Source: Fidelibacterota bacterium (GTDB lineage Bacteria; Fidelibacterota; Marinisomatia; Marinisomatales; TCS56). Taken from it: 26,884 nt of DNA. The notes under the pieces were generated by a model, which was not told where the DNA came from, did no database searches, and saw only the letters and a list, made by a program, of their open reading frames with translations. Position numbers and translations under genes: made by a program. The stretch spans positions 1 through 26,884 of the forward strand of contig JBDRBK010000199.1 in the NCBI GenBank assembly GCA_043822705.1, in the 5' to 3' direction. Position 1 is the stretch's first letter. Each line of letters opens with the position of its first letter. Below are positions 17,949 through 26,884 of the stretch, in pieces.

Positions 17949-19742
17949 TCAGACCGCATACAGGGCATCGATCAGGTGGGCGTAGCGGGCTTCCACAATC
18001 TTGCGTTTGATCGACAGCTTGGGCGTCAACGTGCCGTCTTCAATCGTGAAAGGCTGGTGCAGCAGGATGAATTTTTTGACCTGTTCATAGCGGGAAAAGG
18101 ATTCCATCTGGCGGTTGACGATTTCCCTGAAATGGGCCAGCACGTCGGAATTCCGGACCAGCTCTTCATATTCCGAGAATTGAATGCCCAGCCCGCGGGC
18201 CCATTCGGTCAATTGATCGAAGGACGGTACGATCAGCGCCGATATGAATTTGCGGCTGTCGCCGACCACCACCACCTGTTCGATGAAATCATTCAGCGTC
18301 AGCGCCCCTTCCAGAGCCAGGGGCACCACGTTCTTACCGCCGGCGGTAACGATAATGTTCTTTTTCCGGTCGGTGATTCGCAGCAGGCCGTGCTCGTCCA
18401 GAACGCCGATATCGCCGGTATGCAGCCAGCCTTCGGCATCCAGGGCTTCGCGGGTGGCGCTGTCATCCTTGAAATAGCCGCGCATGATATTGGGGCCGCG
18501 GGCCAGGATTTCACCGTCGGCGGCGATTTGGATTTCCACCTGCCGCAGGGCCGGACCGACCGTCCCGTAATGATTGTCATTCCAGAGATTGCCGGTAATC
18601 ACCGGTGAGGCCTCCGTGAGTCCGTAGCCCTCCAGAATGATGACACCCAGAGCGTCAAAAAATCGGCCGATTTCCGGTGTCAGCGGGGCGCCACCGCAGA
18701 TAAACCATTTGAAACGCGGTCCGAACATGCTGGTAATCTTACTAAATACCAGCGCACGCGCCAGTTTCAATTTCAGGCTCAGGACAAGTCCCACCCGGCC
18801 CTGTTTTTTCCGGCGGGAGACCGTCTCACCCACGCCCACCGCCCAGGCGCCGATCTTCTGTTTCAGGGGCGAGCCGGAGGTCAGTTTGGCACTGATCTTT
18901 GCATACATTTTTTCAAACAGGCGCGGCACGGTAAACATGATCGTCGGCTGCACTTCCCCCAGATTGGCCACCATTTTGGCGATATCCTCGGCATAATACA
19001 GGGCGCCGCCGGTGGAAAATCCGTAATATTCGCCGGTCCGCTCGAATATATGGCTCAGGGGCAGGACCGATAGAAATACATCATTTTCGGCGGTGGGATT
19101 GGCGACCTGGCAATCGGCGACATTACTCATGATATTGCGGTTGGTCAGCATTACGCCTTTGGGCTCGGCGGTAGTGCCGGAGGTGTAGATCAGTGTCAGC
19201 AGATCATCCGGAGCGATCTTCGCGGCCTGCGTCGACCAGAAATCGGCGGGCCGGCTGTGGTTAAAATCGTCACCAAGCTTCAGCACCTGGTCAAAAGTCA
19301 GAATGAAATCTTCGTTAAAAGCAATCGTCGGGTCAAAACAGACGATCGTCTGCAGTTGGGGGCACTGTTCCCTGATCTGCAGGATTTTCTCGACCTGAAC
19401 CTGGTTTTCCGCGAAAATCAGGCGTGCTTCCGAATGATCGACTATATATTGTACCTGGCGGGCAATCAGGGTGGGATAAACCGCGACCGATACCAGGCCG
19501 CTGATAGCACAGGCATAGTCGCTGAAAGCCCATTTGGGACAATTCCCGGAAATAATCGCTACCTGCTCGCCACGTTTTAATCCCAGGGACGCCAGGCCGC
19601 CGGCCAGCTTTTCCACGGTCTGTTGTAATTCACGTCCCGCGCAGCCCTGCCATTCCCGGTTGATTTTTTCATAAAACAATGCCTTTTCAGAATATTTTCC
19701 ACTGATGGCATAGAACATCTCGGCGACGGTTGTGTAATTCAT
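17949..19742 (-). CDS. fadD: Long-chain fatty acid--CoA ligase (AMP-dependent synthetase)
   Basis: YTSGTTAEPKGVM, LPLSHIFER, EGYGLTE, GWLHTGDIG and ITDRKK motifs. Confidence 0.92.
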   Translation of the reverse strand: MNYTTVAEMFYAISGKYSEKALFYEKINREWQGCAGRELQQTVEKLAGGLASLGLKRGEQVAIISGNCPKWAFSDYACAISGLVSVAVYPTLIARQVQYIVDHSEARLIFAENQVQVEKILQIREQCPQLQTIVCFDPTIAFNEDFILTFDQVLKLGDDFNHSRPADFWSTQAAKIAPDDLLTLIYTSGTTAEPKGVMLTNRNIMSNVADCQVANPTAENDVFLSVLPLSHIFERTGEYYGFSTGGALYYAEDIAKMVANLGEVQPTIMFTVPRLFEKMYAKISAKLTSGSPLKQKIGAWAVGVGETVSRRKKQGRVGLVLSLKLKLARALVFSKITSMFGPRFKWFICGGAPLTPEIGRFFDALGVIILEGYGLTEASPVITGNLWNDNHYGTVGPALRQVEIQIAADGEILARGPNIMRGYFKDDSATREALDAEGWLHTGDIGVLDEHGLLRITDRKKNIIVTAGGKNVVPLALEGALTLNDFIEQVVVVGDSRKFISALIVPSFDQLTEWARGLGIQFSEYEELVRNSDVLAHFREIVNRQMESFSRYEQVKKFILLHQPFTIEDGTLTPKLSIKRKIVEARYAHLIDALYAV

Positions 19743-19970
19743 ACTAATCCAAAAATGATTAATTTAAAAATACCGCCAGGGAATTCGGTCATCGACCGGC
19801 CGGCAGTGCCGTCGAAAATACCGGTTAATCCGGAATGGTTCCAAGGAGTTTTACGGTTCGGGCCCCGGTCTGGTTCGAAATATTCCGGGTGAATGGCACT
19901 ACTTTTTTCAGGAGTTTTAACTTCGGAGCGGTTACTTTCCCGGTTAAAAACAGGGCGGCAGATAAGATTT

Positions 19971-20531
19971 ATGGTTATTACGGATACTATCGTGGATCTG
20001 CCGGGCATCGGTCCGGTACACTTCATTCGCAGCCGGCGCGCGCGCAATATCGGCATCAGCGTACGTCCGTTTCAGGGCGTGCGGGTGGCGGTTCCGATGG
20101 GCGTATCCCTGCGGCAGGCGCAAACAGCCGTAACCACAAAAACCGCCTGGATCAGCAAACATTTGGAAACGGCCCAATCCCAGGAGGACCAGGCCCGTCA
20201 GGAACCGCCGATTCCGGTGACGGAAGCCAAGGATCTGCTGCGGCGACGCACGGATATTCTGTCCCGCCAATACGGACTGCCGTATAACCGGGTCTTTATC
20301 AAACGCCAGAAAACCCGTTGGGGCAGTTGCTCGATCAAAAACAATATCAACCTGAATATCCGCCTGTACATCCTGCCGGCGGAATTGCGTGACTATGTTA
20401 TTCTGCATGAGCTGGTTCATACCAGACACCGCAATCACGGACGGCAATTCTGGTTCCTGCTGACGGAACTATGCAGTGATGCCCGCCACCTGAACCGCCG
20501 GTTACGGCAGTACGGTCTATTTTCGGAGTAA
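19971..20531 (+). CDS. YgjP/DUF45-like zinc-dependent metalloprotein
   Basis: QKTRWGSCS and DYVILHELVH..H.NH...FW motifs. Start placed at in-frame ATG 19971; the ORF extends to 19893. Confidence 0.88.
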   Translation: MVITDTIVDLPGIGPVHFIRSRRARNIGISVRPFQGVRVAVPMGVSLRQAQTAVTTKTAWISKHLETAQSQEDQARQEPPIPVTEAKDLLRRRTDILSRQYGLPYNRVFIKRQKTRWGSCSIKNNINLNIRLYILPAELRDYVILHELVHTRHRNHGRQFWFLLTELCSDARHLNRRLRQYGLFSE

Positions 20532-20695
20532 AACTCAATACCGTCCACAGAATCATTGTCATTATCGGCCTGATTGCCGTAACTTATTGTCGGCATTAGA
20601 TACATCCGGGCCGGAGTGGGTGCTATCGATTAGATTGTGTCGGCGCGCGGGAAACTCGAATACTATCATGAACTTGCTTTTTACTAAGATAAAAT

Positions 20696-21664
20696 ATGAT
20701 TGACAAGACGACCGTCGCAGGGTTGCCGACGATTGTGCTGGCAGGCGGGCATAAAAACATCCGGCTGCACGATTTTGCGACTCTGTTCACCGATATGTAT
20801 CGTTATCACGAACACTATCTGCCGCTGGGAAGTTATAAGACCACCCGGGAAATTCATGGCTCGATTGCTGGTCAAAGCGGCCGGTTCCCGCTGATTCTGT
20901 ACATTCTGCATACCCTGACCAGGGTCGCCGCCATCGGGCCGGTAAAAGTCGTCGGTCCTGCGCCCGAACTGAAAGCGGCACTGGACCGGGCGCCCTTCCC
21001 CGTGGATCGCTTCGAGCTGATTCCCCAGGGACAATCCTTCGGCAGTAACGTCATGCTCGGTTATCAGGCCATCGGCAGCAAAGGCCACGCGCTGCTGGTA
21101 ATGGGCGATTCACCGTTAACGACAACCCGCTGCATTGAAGATTTTATTGCCTTGAGCCGGAATTACCTCCATCGCGATTTCATCCTGCCGGTGGTAAAAG
21201 CAGCGATTCTGGATGAATTGGCGCGCTTCATGCCGCGACCGTATATCAGGCTTCTACCCGAAGGACTGGAACCCGCCGGTTACTGCACCGCCAGTGATCT
21301 CGATAGTCGTGGCCGGATCGGCTGCCGCCTGTCCAGCCTGGCCCTGGCCAACCTGACCGGAACCACCGCGGAACAGATCGATCACCTGCGCTCGCTGCGC
21401 AAAGCGCTGCGGCCGGCGGTTCAGAAAATGCTCCGGAAGGAGTTGGGCACCAATGTGTTGATTCAATACCGCCGGGGAATTACTTTCTCTTGGCTGGCGG
21501 AAAAATTCGAACACTTATATTTCAAATCGATGCAGGTTGTGGGTCTGCCCCATGCCGGTGCAGCCCTGGATGTGGACTCCAGCGCTGATCTCCAATCCAT
21601 CAGCCGGATCATGCGCTATCGCCGGCGTCGTCACGCGACCGCAAAAACCGACAGCCCCGGCTGA
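20696..21664 (+). CDS. Nucleotidyltransferase-like (MobA/NTP_transf_3 fold) protein
   Basis: IVLAGG N-terminal motif, VVGP, LVMGDSPL and C-terminal LDVD; substrate unknown. Confidence 0.65.
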   Translation: MIDKTTVAGLPTIVLAGGHKNIRLHDFATLFTDMYRYHEHYLPLGSYKTTREIHGSIAGQSGRFPLILYILHTLTRVAAIGPVKVVGPAPELKAALDRAPFPVDRFELIPQGQSFGSNVMLGYQAIGSKGHALLVMGDSPLTTTRCIEDFIALSRNYLHRDFILPVVKAAILDELARFMPRPYIRLLPEGLEPAGYCTASDLDSRGRIGCRLSSLALANLTGTTAEQIDHLRSLRKALRPAVQKMLRKELGTNVLIQYRRGITFSWLAEKFEHLYFKSMQVVGLPHAGAALDVDSSADLQSISRIMRYRRRRHATAKTDSPG

Positions 21665-21672
21665 ATCAGGGC

Positions 21673-22977
21673 TCAATCAAAACGGATTGTAAAATCGGTA
21701 CGGCCTGACTCCGGGCTTTCCAGCGCGAATTGATATCCGTGATTCTGCAGTATTTCGCGCACCAGCGTCAAACCAATGCCTTGACCATCCTTCTTGGTGC
21801 TGAAAAATGGCGTAAACAATTGCCGGCGCACGTCCGCACCGATTCCGCCGCCACTATCGCGGACAATCAGTGTCTTTGCCGGAGCAAGCGTGGTTATGAC
21901 AACGATAGTGCCGTTTTCGCCAATCGCCTCAACGGCATTTTTAATTACATTCACCAGCACCTGCTCAAATTGCTGGATATCGATATCGACATCGAAGGTA
22001 CCGCTGGCTAACTGCCATTTGCAGTCGATATTCCGGGGCCGGTACAGCGATTGCAGCAGAATATCAACCGACCTCAGCAACTGGTGCAGGTCGTGGTAAT
22101 GACGCACCGGCGCCGGCAGACGCACCACATCGGCGTAATTGGTGATGAATTGACTCAGGTGGTCATTTCGCGTGCTGGCGACGCGGATGGCATCCTCAAA
22201 ATCCTTGCGGTCAGTCACCGACAGATACTCGCCGTAATTCAGAAAAGAATTGAGCAACGAGTTTACTGCGCCGACGGAATTGTTGATTTCATGTGACATC
22301 AAGCGGATTATTTTACCATAAGCATGCTTCTCAGTCTTATAGATTTCCGCTCCCAGCTCCTCGATCAGGATGAAATTATGATTGAATCCGCGGTCGCGAA
22401 AATGAGATTTCTGACATTTGTAAGCGTGCGTCCCGTCCAGAATCACCGTTTGCGCCACGCCGGGAACCAGCGTAACCAGTTCGCGGCCCAGATCTCCGGG
22501 CAAATCACGTAACAGCAGGCCGACCAAGTCATCCGGCAGCCTTCCGATCATTTTAGCGGCGGCCTGGTTCACCATGGTCGTTTTATCATCAAAATCAAGA
22601 ATGATGACGCCTACCGGAGCGGCTTTGATTAACCGGTCCAGGAAATAATGCATCTCCTGCTGTTGCACCCGTTCGTTGCGCAGTTGCTCGATCATCCGGT
22701 TATAAACCGCCACCAACTGATCCATCTCGGTTTGACCGGTCTTCAGCAACTGGGTGTTGAAATCCTGGTCCTTAATGGTCTGGATTCCGGCCGCGATCAA
22801 TTCGACCGGCTGGATCAATACACGATAGAATTTCACCGAGGAAATGACCGCCAGCAGAATCAGTGTCTCCGCCAGCAGGAACAGCCATTTATGCTCGGGC
22901 AGCAGTTGAATCGACAGGATCAGAAAGATGACATGCAGCAGGGATATGAAACAGATATACTGATATTTGAGTTTCAT
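21673..22977 (-). CDS. Sensor histidine kinase (2 TM, HAMP, PAS; NtrY-like)
   Basis: SHEINNS H-box, QVLVNVIKNAVEA, DSGGGI and FTPFFSTKKDGQGIGL; 4-nt overlap with the regulator gene. Confidence 0.94.
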   Translation of the reverse strand: MKLKYQYICFISLLHVIFLILSIQLLPEHKWLFLLAETLILLAVISSVKFYRVLIQPVELIAAGIQTIKDQDFNTQLLKTGQTEMDQLVAVYNRMIEQLRNERVQQQEMHYFLDRLIKAAPVGVIILDFDDKTTMVNQAAAKMIGRLPDDLVGLLLRDLPGDLGRELVTLVPGVAQTVILDGTHAYKCQKSHFRDRGFNHNFILIEELGAEIYKTEKHAYGKIIRLMSHEINNSVGAVNSLLNSFLNYGEYLSVTDRKDFEDAIRVASTRNDHLSQFITNYADVVRLPAPVRHYHDLHQLLRSVDILLQSLYRPRNIDCKWQLASGTFDVDIDIQQFEQVLVNVIKNAVEAIGENGTIVVITTLAPAKTLIVRDSGGGIGADVRRQLFTPFFSTKKDGQGIGLTLVREILQNHGYQFALESPESGRTDFTIRFD

Positions 22978-24347
22978 ACCGTAATGTTATATTTCTCCAA
23001 CCTGCGGTACAGCGCCGCCCGGCTCAACCCCAGCGATTTTGAGACCTGCTGGATATTCTTGCCATGAAATTCCAGCGCTTTCTTGATCATCGATATTTCT
23101 ATCTCTTCCAGGGTCATTTCGCCGACGCCTGGCAGTTCGCCGCCGGTCTTCGGTTTCGGCGTGACCTGCAACTGGCCGACAAAATCCTCCCGGGTGATGG
23201 TATCGCCGGCGGAGACCAGTACCGTCCGCTCCACCAGATTTTTCAGTTCGCGGATATTCCCTGGCCAGGGCAGGCTCTTCAGCCAGTCCAGCGCCTGTGG
23301 CTCTACCATTAGTCCCGAGCGACCATAAATCTGCTGCAGGTTCTTGATAAATTGCTGGGCCAAAAGCGGTATATCCCGGGGACGTTCCCGCAACGCCGGC
23401 AGGTTAATCGTGATCAGGTTGATCCGGTAAAACAGGTCCTCGCGGAAATCACCGGATTCCACCAGTCCCGTCAGATCGCGGTTGGTGGCCGATATCACCC
23501 GGACATCAACTTTGCGCGTCTGACTGGATCCCAGTACTTCAAAGGAATGGTCCTGCAGGACGCGTAACAGTTTGACCTGGCTGGTACGGTCCAGATCGCC
23601 GATTTCATCCAAAAAAATACTGCCGCGATGGGCCTTTTCGAAACGACCAATGCGGTCGTGGCGGGCGTCGGTAAAGGCACCCTTCTTGTGACCGAACATT
23701 TCGCTTTCGAACAGGGATGTGGAGATTCCACCCAGGTTGACCTTGACAAACGGCTGGTTGCAGCGGGGACTGTTCTGATGGATCGACTCTGCCACCAGTT
23801 CCTTACCGGTGCCGCTCTCCCCCAGAATCATTACCGCGGCGTCGGTGGCACTGACCCGGCCGATCGTTTCCAGCACGTCCAACAGCGCCGGATCTTCGCC
23901 GATCAGCTTATCAAAATCATATTTGCGGTCCAGTTCACGACGGCTGGAGCGACCGCCACCGGACCGGGCCTGCCGTGACAGGTTCAGGGTCGTTTTGATC
24001 GACCGCAGCAGATGCTCGTTATCCCAGGGTTTATTGATGAAATCAACGGCTCCGGCTTTCATACCGCGGACGGCCAGGTCGATCGTGCCCCAGGCCGTAA
24101 TCAGAATTACCGGCAGATCCGGGCGCCGGCCGCGCAGCTGGGTCAACAATTCAAGTCCTTCCGCGCCACCGGTATCCCGGGAATAATTCATATCCAGCAA
24201 CACCAGGTCCGGCGGCAGCAATTCCGCTTGGGCCAGGGCCGACGCAGGATCCCTGGCTACCGCAGTTTGATAACCGGCATGCTTGAGCAGCAAATCCAGT
24301 GAAGCCTGCACGGCCGGATCATCATCGACTATCAATATCTTAATCAT
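22974..24347 (-). CDS. NtrC-family response regulator (receiver, sigma54-type AAA+, Fis HTH)
   Basis: GESGTGKE, ESEMFGHKKGAFTDA, FLDEIG, FREDLFYR, WPGNIREL and C-terminal HTH. Confidence 0.95.
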   Translation of the reverse strand: MIKILIVDDDPAVQASLDLLLKHAGYQTAVARDPASALAQAELLPPDLVLLDMNYSRDTGGAEGLELLTQLRGRRPDLPVILITAWGTIDLAVRGMKAGAVDFINKPWDNEHLLRSIKTTLNLSRQARSGGGRSSRRELDRKYDFDKLIGEDPALLDVLETIGRVSATDAAVMILGESGTGKELVAESIHQNSPRCNQPFVKVNLGGISTSLFESEMFGHKKGAFTDARHDRIGRFEKAHRGSIFLDEIGDLDRTSQVKLLRVLQDHSFEVLGSSQTRKVDVRVISATNRDLTGLVESGDFREDLFYRINLITINLPALRERPRDIPLLAQQFIKNLQQIYGRSGLMVEPQALDWLKSLPWPGNIRELKNLVERTVLVSAGDTITREDFVGQLQVTPKPKTGGELPGVGEMTLEEIEISMIKKALEFHGKNIQQVSKSLGLSRAALYRRLEKYNITV

Positions 24348-24391
24348 TGATTTGAGTGATTAATTTATCACCAATCCGCCGGTCGATCCAG

Positions 24392-25588
24392 TTATTCATC
24401 ATGCAGGGCGATTGCCGGTTGAATACCAACCGCCAGGGCGCTGGGATAGAGGGCGCAAACTACCGTGATCAGATAAATCAGGACAACCGCGATTACCATT
24501 GACAGCAGATAGGTACCGGTAGCGATAAACGGGATCAGGTTGAGCAGCGGAAACTGAACGGCGAAAAACAATCCGATGACAATCCCGAAAGTCGATAACA
24601 CCAGCGCCTCGCCGACAATCTGGGAATAAACCTGCCTGACGGTTGAGCCCATGGCGCGCCGCAAACCGATCTCAGCCCGGCGACGATTGGTATTATACCA
24701 GATCACGCCAAAGAGTCCCAGGGCCACGTTGATTATCAAAAAGCCGCAAATAACCGCCAGGATCACCGGTAAAATCATTGAAACACGATTGGCCGATCGA
24801 CGCGTGTCTTCGAGCCGTGTGATGCTCAGGGTCCAGTTTTTGGCGATCGCTGCCACCCGGCTCAGGATACGTTCCTCAACATCAACACCGGAACCGGGCC
24901 TGACCCGCAACAGGATCCGACCAAACTCAGTCGTACTGAAACGTTCCCAGCCCAGTTTATCGTCCAACTCAACTCGCATGAAAATCAGGTTCTTGGTCCC
25001 GGTGAACTGTCCGCCATTGCGAAATTCATCGACTAGACCGATCACCTCGTACTCTTCGTCGTCACAGGTCAGAATTGCCCCGATCACCGGCGCTTCACCG
25101 ATCAGTTTTTCCTGCAGTCGCTGGTTGATCACGATCGGTATTCTGGTCGCCGCATTATCACGCTGGTCAAACCAGCGTCCTTTCACCAGTTCCAACTTGA
25201 GGATTTCGGCATAATTATCGCCACCCTCCACATAATGCGAACTAAGGGTCTTGCCGTTAAAGGTAAAATCATCCATCGAAGTCGCCGCCGGATTGAACAG
25301 GTAACTGCGGGAATAGGTGAAACTTTCCACTTCGGGGATCGCCCTTAAAGCATTTTCAACCTGCCGTATCGTTGTGGAAACCTCGGCGCCTGACTGAACA
25401 TTCCAGTCCATTGAAATATACCAGACGTCATGGTAATCGAATCCCAGCGGTTTAAGATAATTCCCCAGATTGTAATTGAATGTGGTCATCACCAGAAACA
25501 AGGAAAAAAATGAGATGAATATGCCGGTCATCATCAGAAAATTCCGTCGTTTCCGATTCCAGATCAGTTTGAACATTTGTTTGATCAT
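24392..25588 (-). CDS. MacB/FtsX-family ABC transporter permease
   Basis: EIGLRRAMG motif. True start is likely ATG 25588 (GGAGGA RBS, ATGA overlap with the upstream stop) rather than 25672. Confidence 0.92.
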   Translation of the reverse strand: MIKQMFKLIWNRKRRNFLMMTGIFISFFSLFLVMTTFNYNLGNYLKPLGFDYHDVWYISMDWNVQSGAEVSTTIRQVENALRAIPEVESFTYSRSYLFNPAATSMDDFTFNGKTLSSHYVEGGDNYAEILKLELVKGRWFDQRDNAATRIPIVINQRLQEKLIGEAPVIGAILTCDDEEYEVIGLVDEFRNGGQFTGTKNLIFMRVELDDKLGWERFSTTEFGRILLRVRPGSGVDVEERILSRVAAIAKNWTLSITRLEDTRRSANRVSMILPVILAVICGFLIINVALGLFGVIWYNTNRRRAEIGLRRAMGSTVRQVYSQIVGEALVLSTFGIVIGLFFAVQFPLLNLIPFIATGTYLLSMVIAVVLIYLITVVCALYPSALAVGIQPAIALHDE

Positions 25589-26829
25589 TGTTGTCCTCCA
25601 CGCAGGGCGTCGACCGGGTTCAGCTTTGACACTTTGTAGGCCGGATACACCCCTGAAAGCAGACCGAAGCACAGCGCCAGCAGCAAGCCGGTAAAGAACA
25701 CCCGGAAATTCATGGTCATGGCCAGGTGCGGAATAAGACCGCTGTCATTGATCAGCATGATCACCAGCAGGGCCAGCACCAAACTGATCAATCCGCCGAT
25801 CAGTGTGATAATGATGTTTTCGATGATGAATTGCCCGATTAAGGTCAGCGAAGTGGCGCCGAAGGCCCGGCGGATACCGATTTCGGATGAGCGTTCCATG
25901 ATCCTGCTCAGATTGATATTCACCAGATTCACGGTGGGTAGCAACATAAATAGTGTGATCAGGATAATCGCAAAGGTCAGCAATGGTCCGGAACTGTCTT
26001 CTTCGTTTCTGAAAATATTTCTGGTCAGCGCTTCGGCATAGGTCGAAGCGCCGGTAATTATTTTCTTCCAGTGATCGTCAGGAAATTCCACATACTGCAA
26101 CTGGCTGGTGAATTCCCGGCGGATTACCGGCAAATCGGCTTTGGAACGGGCCAGGAGCATGGCATACCAGCCGGGAAACTGCATTATTTCCGGTTTGGTA
26201 AAATCGACTTTGGAAAAAGTCAGCGGCACCCACATGTCGGCATAGGGCATAATCCGCATCAGCGAAACATTTTCCACGACACCGATGACCCGATAATTGG
26301 TCCCGTCGGCAGTGATCGTTTGGCCCAGGACCGAACCGTCACCGAAATATTTATCGCGCAGTTCACGATTGATCACTGTCAACGGCGTACGGTTTTCCAC
26401 ATCGGTGGAATTAAAGCCGCGGCCTTCGATGAAGTCAAAATCCAGGATTTCCCAGAATTCGCCGTCAACGAATTTTAGATCGAAGTTGATTTTACGCTTA
26501 TCCTTGTACTCAACCACCGGACTGTGAAACGATGATAGTGAAATTCTTTCCGGAGTTTTCAGGTTCTTGGCATAGCGGTTCAGAAAATGATGACTTAACA
26601 ATGGCCCGATGGCCGTACCGCCGGTTTTCGAAACCAACACTGCAGTCGTTATGGAAAGCGTACGATCCAGCTTTTTTTCCGGCGCGCCGACACCGAAAAT
26701 ATGGTCCATGAACGAAGTGGCGACAATTAAAATCAGTAGCGTGAAGCTGATTCCGAACAGACTAATGAAGGTGAACAGTTTGTGCCGCCACAATACTTTA
26801 AGTGCAGTCTTCAGGTAATTTTTAAACAT
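25585..26829 (-). CDS. MacB/FtsX-family ABC transporter permease
   Basis: MFKNYLKTA...FTFISLFGISF, EIGIRRAFGA and PAYKVSKLNPVDAL; GAGGAG RBS. Confidence 0.94.
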   Translation of the reverse strand: MFKNYLKTALKVLWRHKLFTFISLFGISFTLLILIVATSFMDHIFGVGAPEKKLDRTLSITTAVLVSKTGGTAIGPLLSHHFLNRYAKNLKTPERISLSSFHSPVVEYKDKRKINFDLKFVDGEFWEILDFDFIEGRGFNSTDVENRTPLTVINRELRDKYFGDGSVLGQTITADGTNYRVIGVVENVSLMRIMPYADMWVPLTFSKVDFTKPEIMQFPGWYAMLLARSKADLPVIRREFTSQLQYVEFPDDHWKKIITGASTYAEALTRNIFRNEEDSSGPLLTFAIILITLFMLLPTVNLVNINLSRIMERSSEIGIRRAFGATSLTLIGQFIIENIIITLIGGLISLVLALLVIMLINDSGLIPHLAMTMNFRVFFTGLLLALCFGLLSGVYPAYKVSKLNPVDALRGGQQ

Positions 26830-26838
26830 AATCGCTCC

Positions 26839-26884
26839 TCAATTAACCTGACTGCCGTCGAACAGACGGATGATCCGGTCGGTC
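26839..26884 (-). CDS. 3' end of a MacB/LolD-type ABC ATP-binding protein (truncated by window edge)
   Basis: Translates ...TDRIIRLFDGSQVN*, typical of the C-terminus of this ATPase family; directly upstream of the permeases. Confidence 0.75.
   Translation of the reverse strand, partial: TDRIIRLFDGSQVN

Noticed and set aside
16003..18608. Long plus-strand ORFs (319, 337 and 210 aa)
   Set aside because: Antisense to the well-supported MFS, HD-GYP and fadD genes; expected from GC-rich codon bias.
25589..25672. N-terminal extension of the second ABC permease in the ORF track
   Set aside because: It overlaps the upstream permease; a better start with RBS and ATGA coupling exists at 25588.

Overview
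Bacterial chromosomal window with a moderately GC-rich backbone (gene content suggests the FCB group, but taxonomy cannot be fixed from sequence alone). The backbone carries a truncated receiver-domain protein, a GPH-family MFS symporter, an RND permease with its membrane fusion protein, deaD, an MFS transporter, an HD-GYP protein, an acyl-CoA ligase, an HExxH metalloprotein, a nucleotidyltransferase-like protein, and a MacB-type ABC plus NtrC/NtrY-type two-component operon. Three accessory features stand out. (1) An AT-rich, tightly packed four-gene operon (10518->7710): a 105-aa protein ending in PCPPNC, a ~7-TM membrane protein, a HisKA_3 kinase and a NarL-type regulator, with palindromes upstream and a DUF3892-like gene downstream. 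It is a candidate undescribed signalling module. (2) A complete solitary integron gene cassette (core site 15208-15214, attC 13822-13953) encoding a zinc-ribbon protein with an Rx4H HEPN-like motif, with no integrase in the window. It is a candidate anti-phage nuclease. (3) A degenerate 21-bp-period array (~13434-13745) directly upstream of a 104-aa helical hypothetical gene. Family assignments are from recognised motifs, not database searches.
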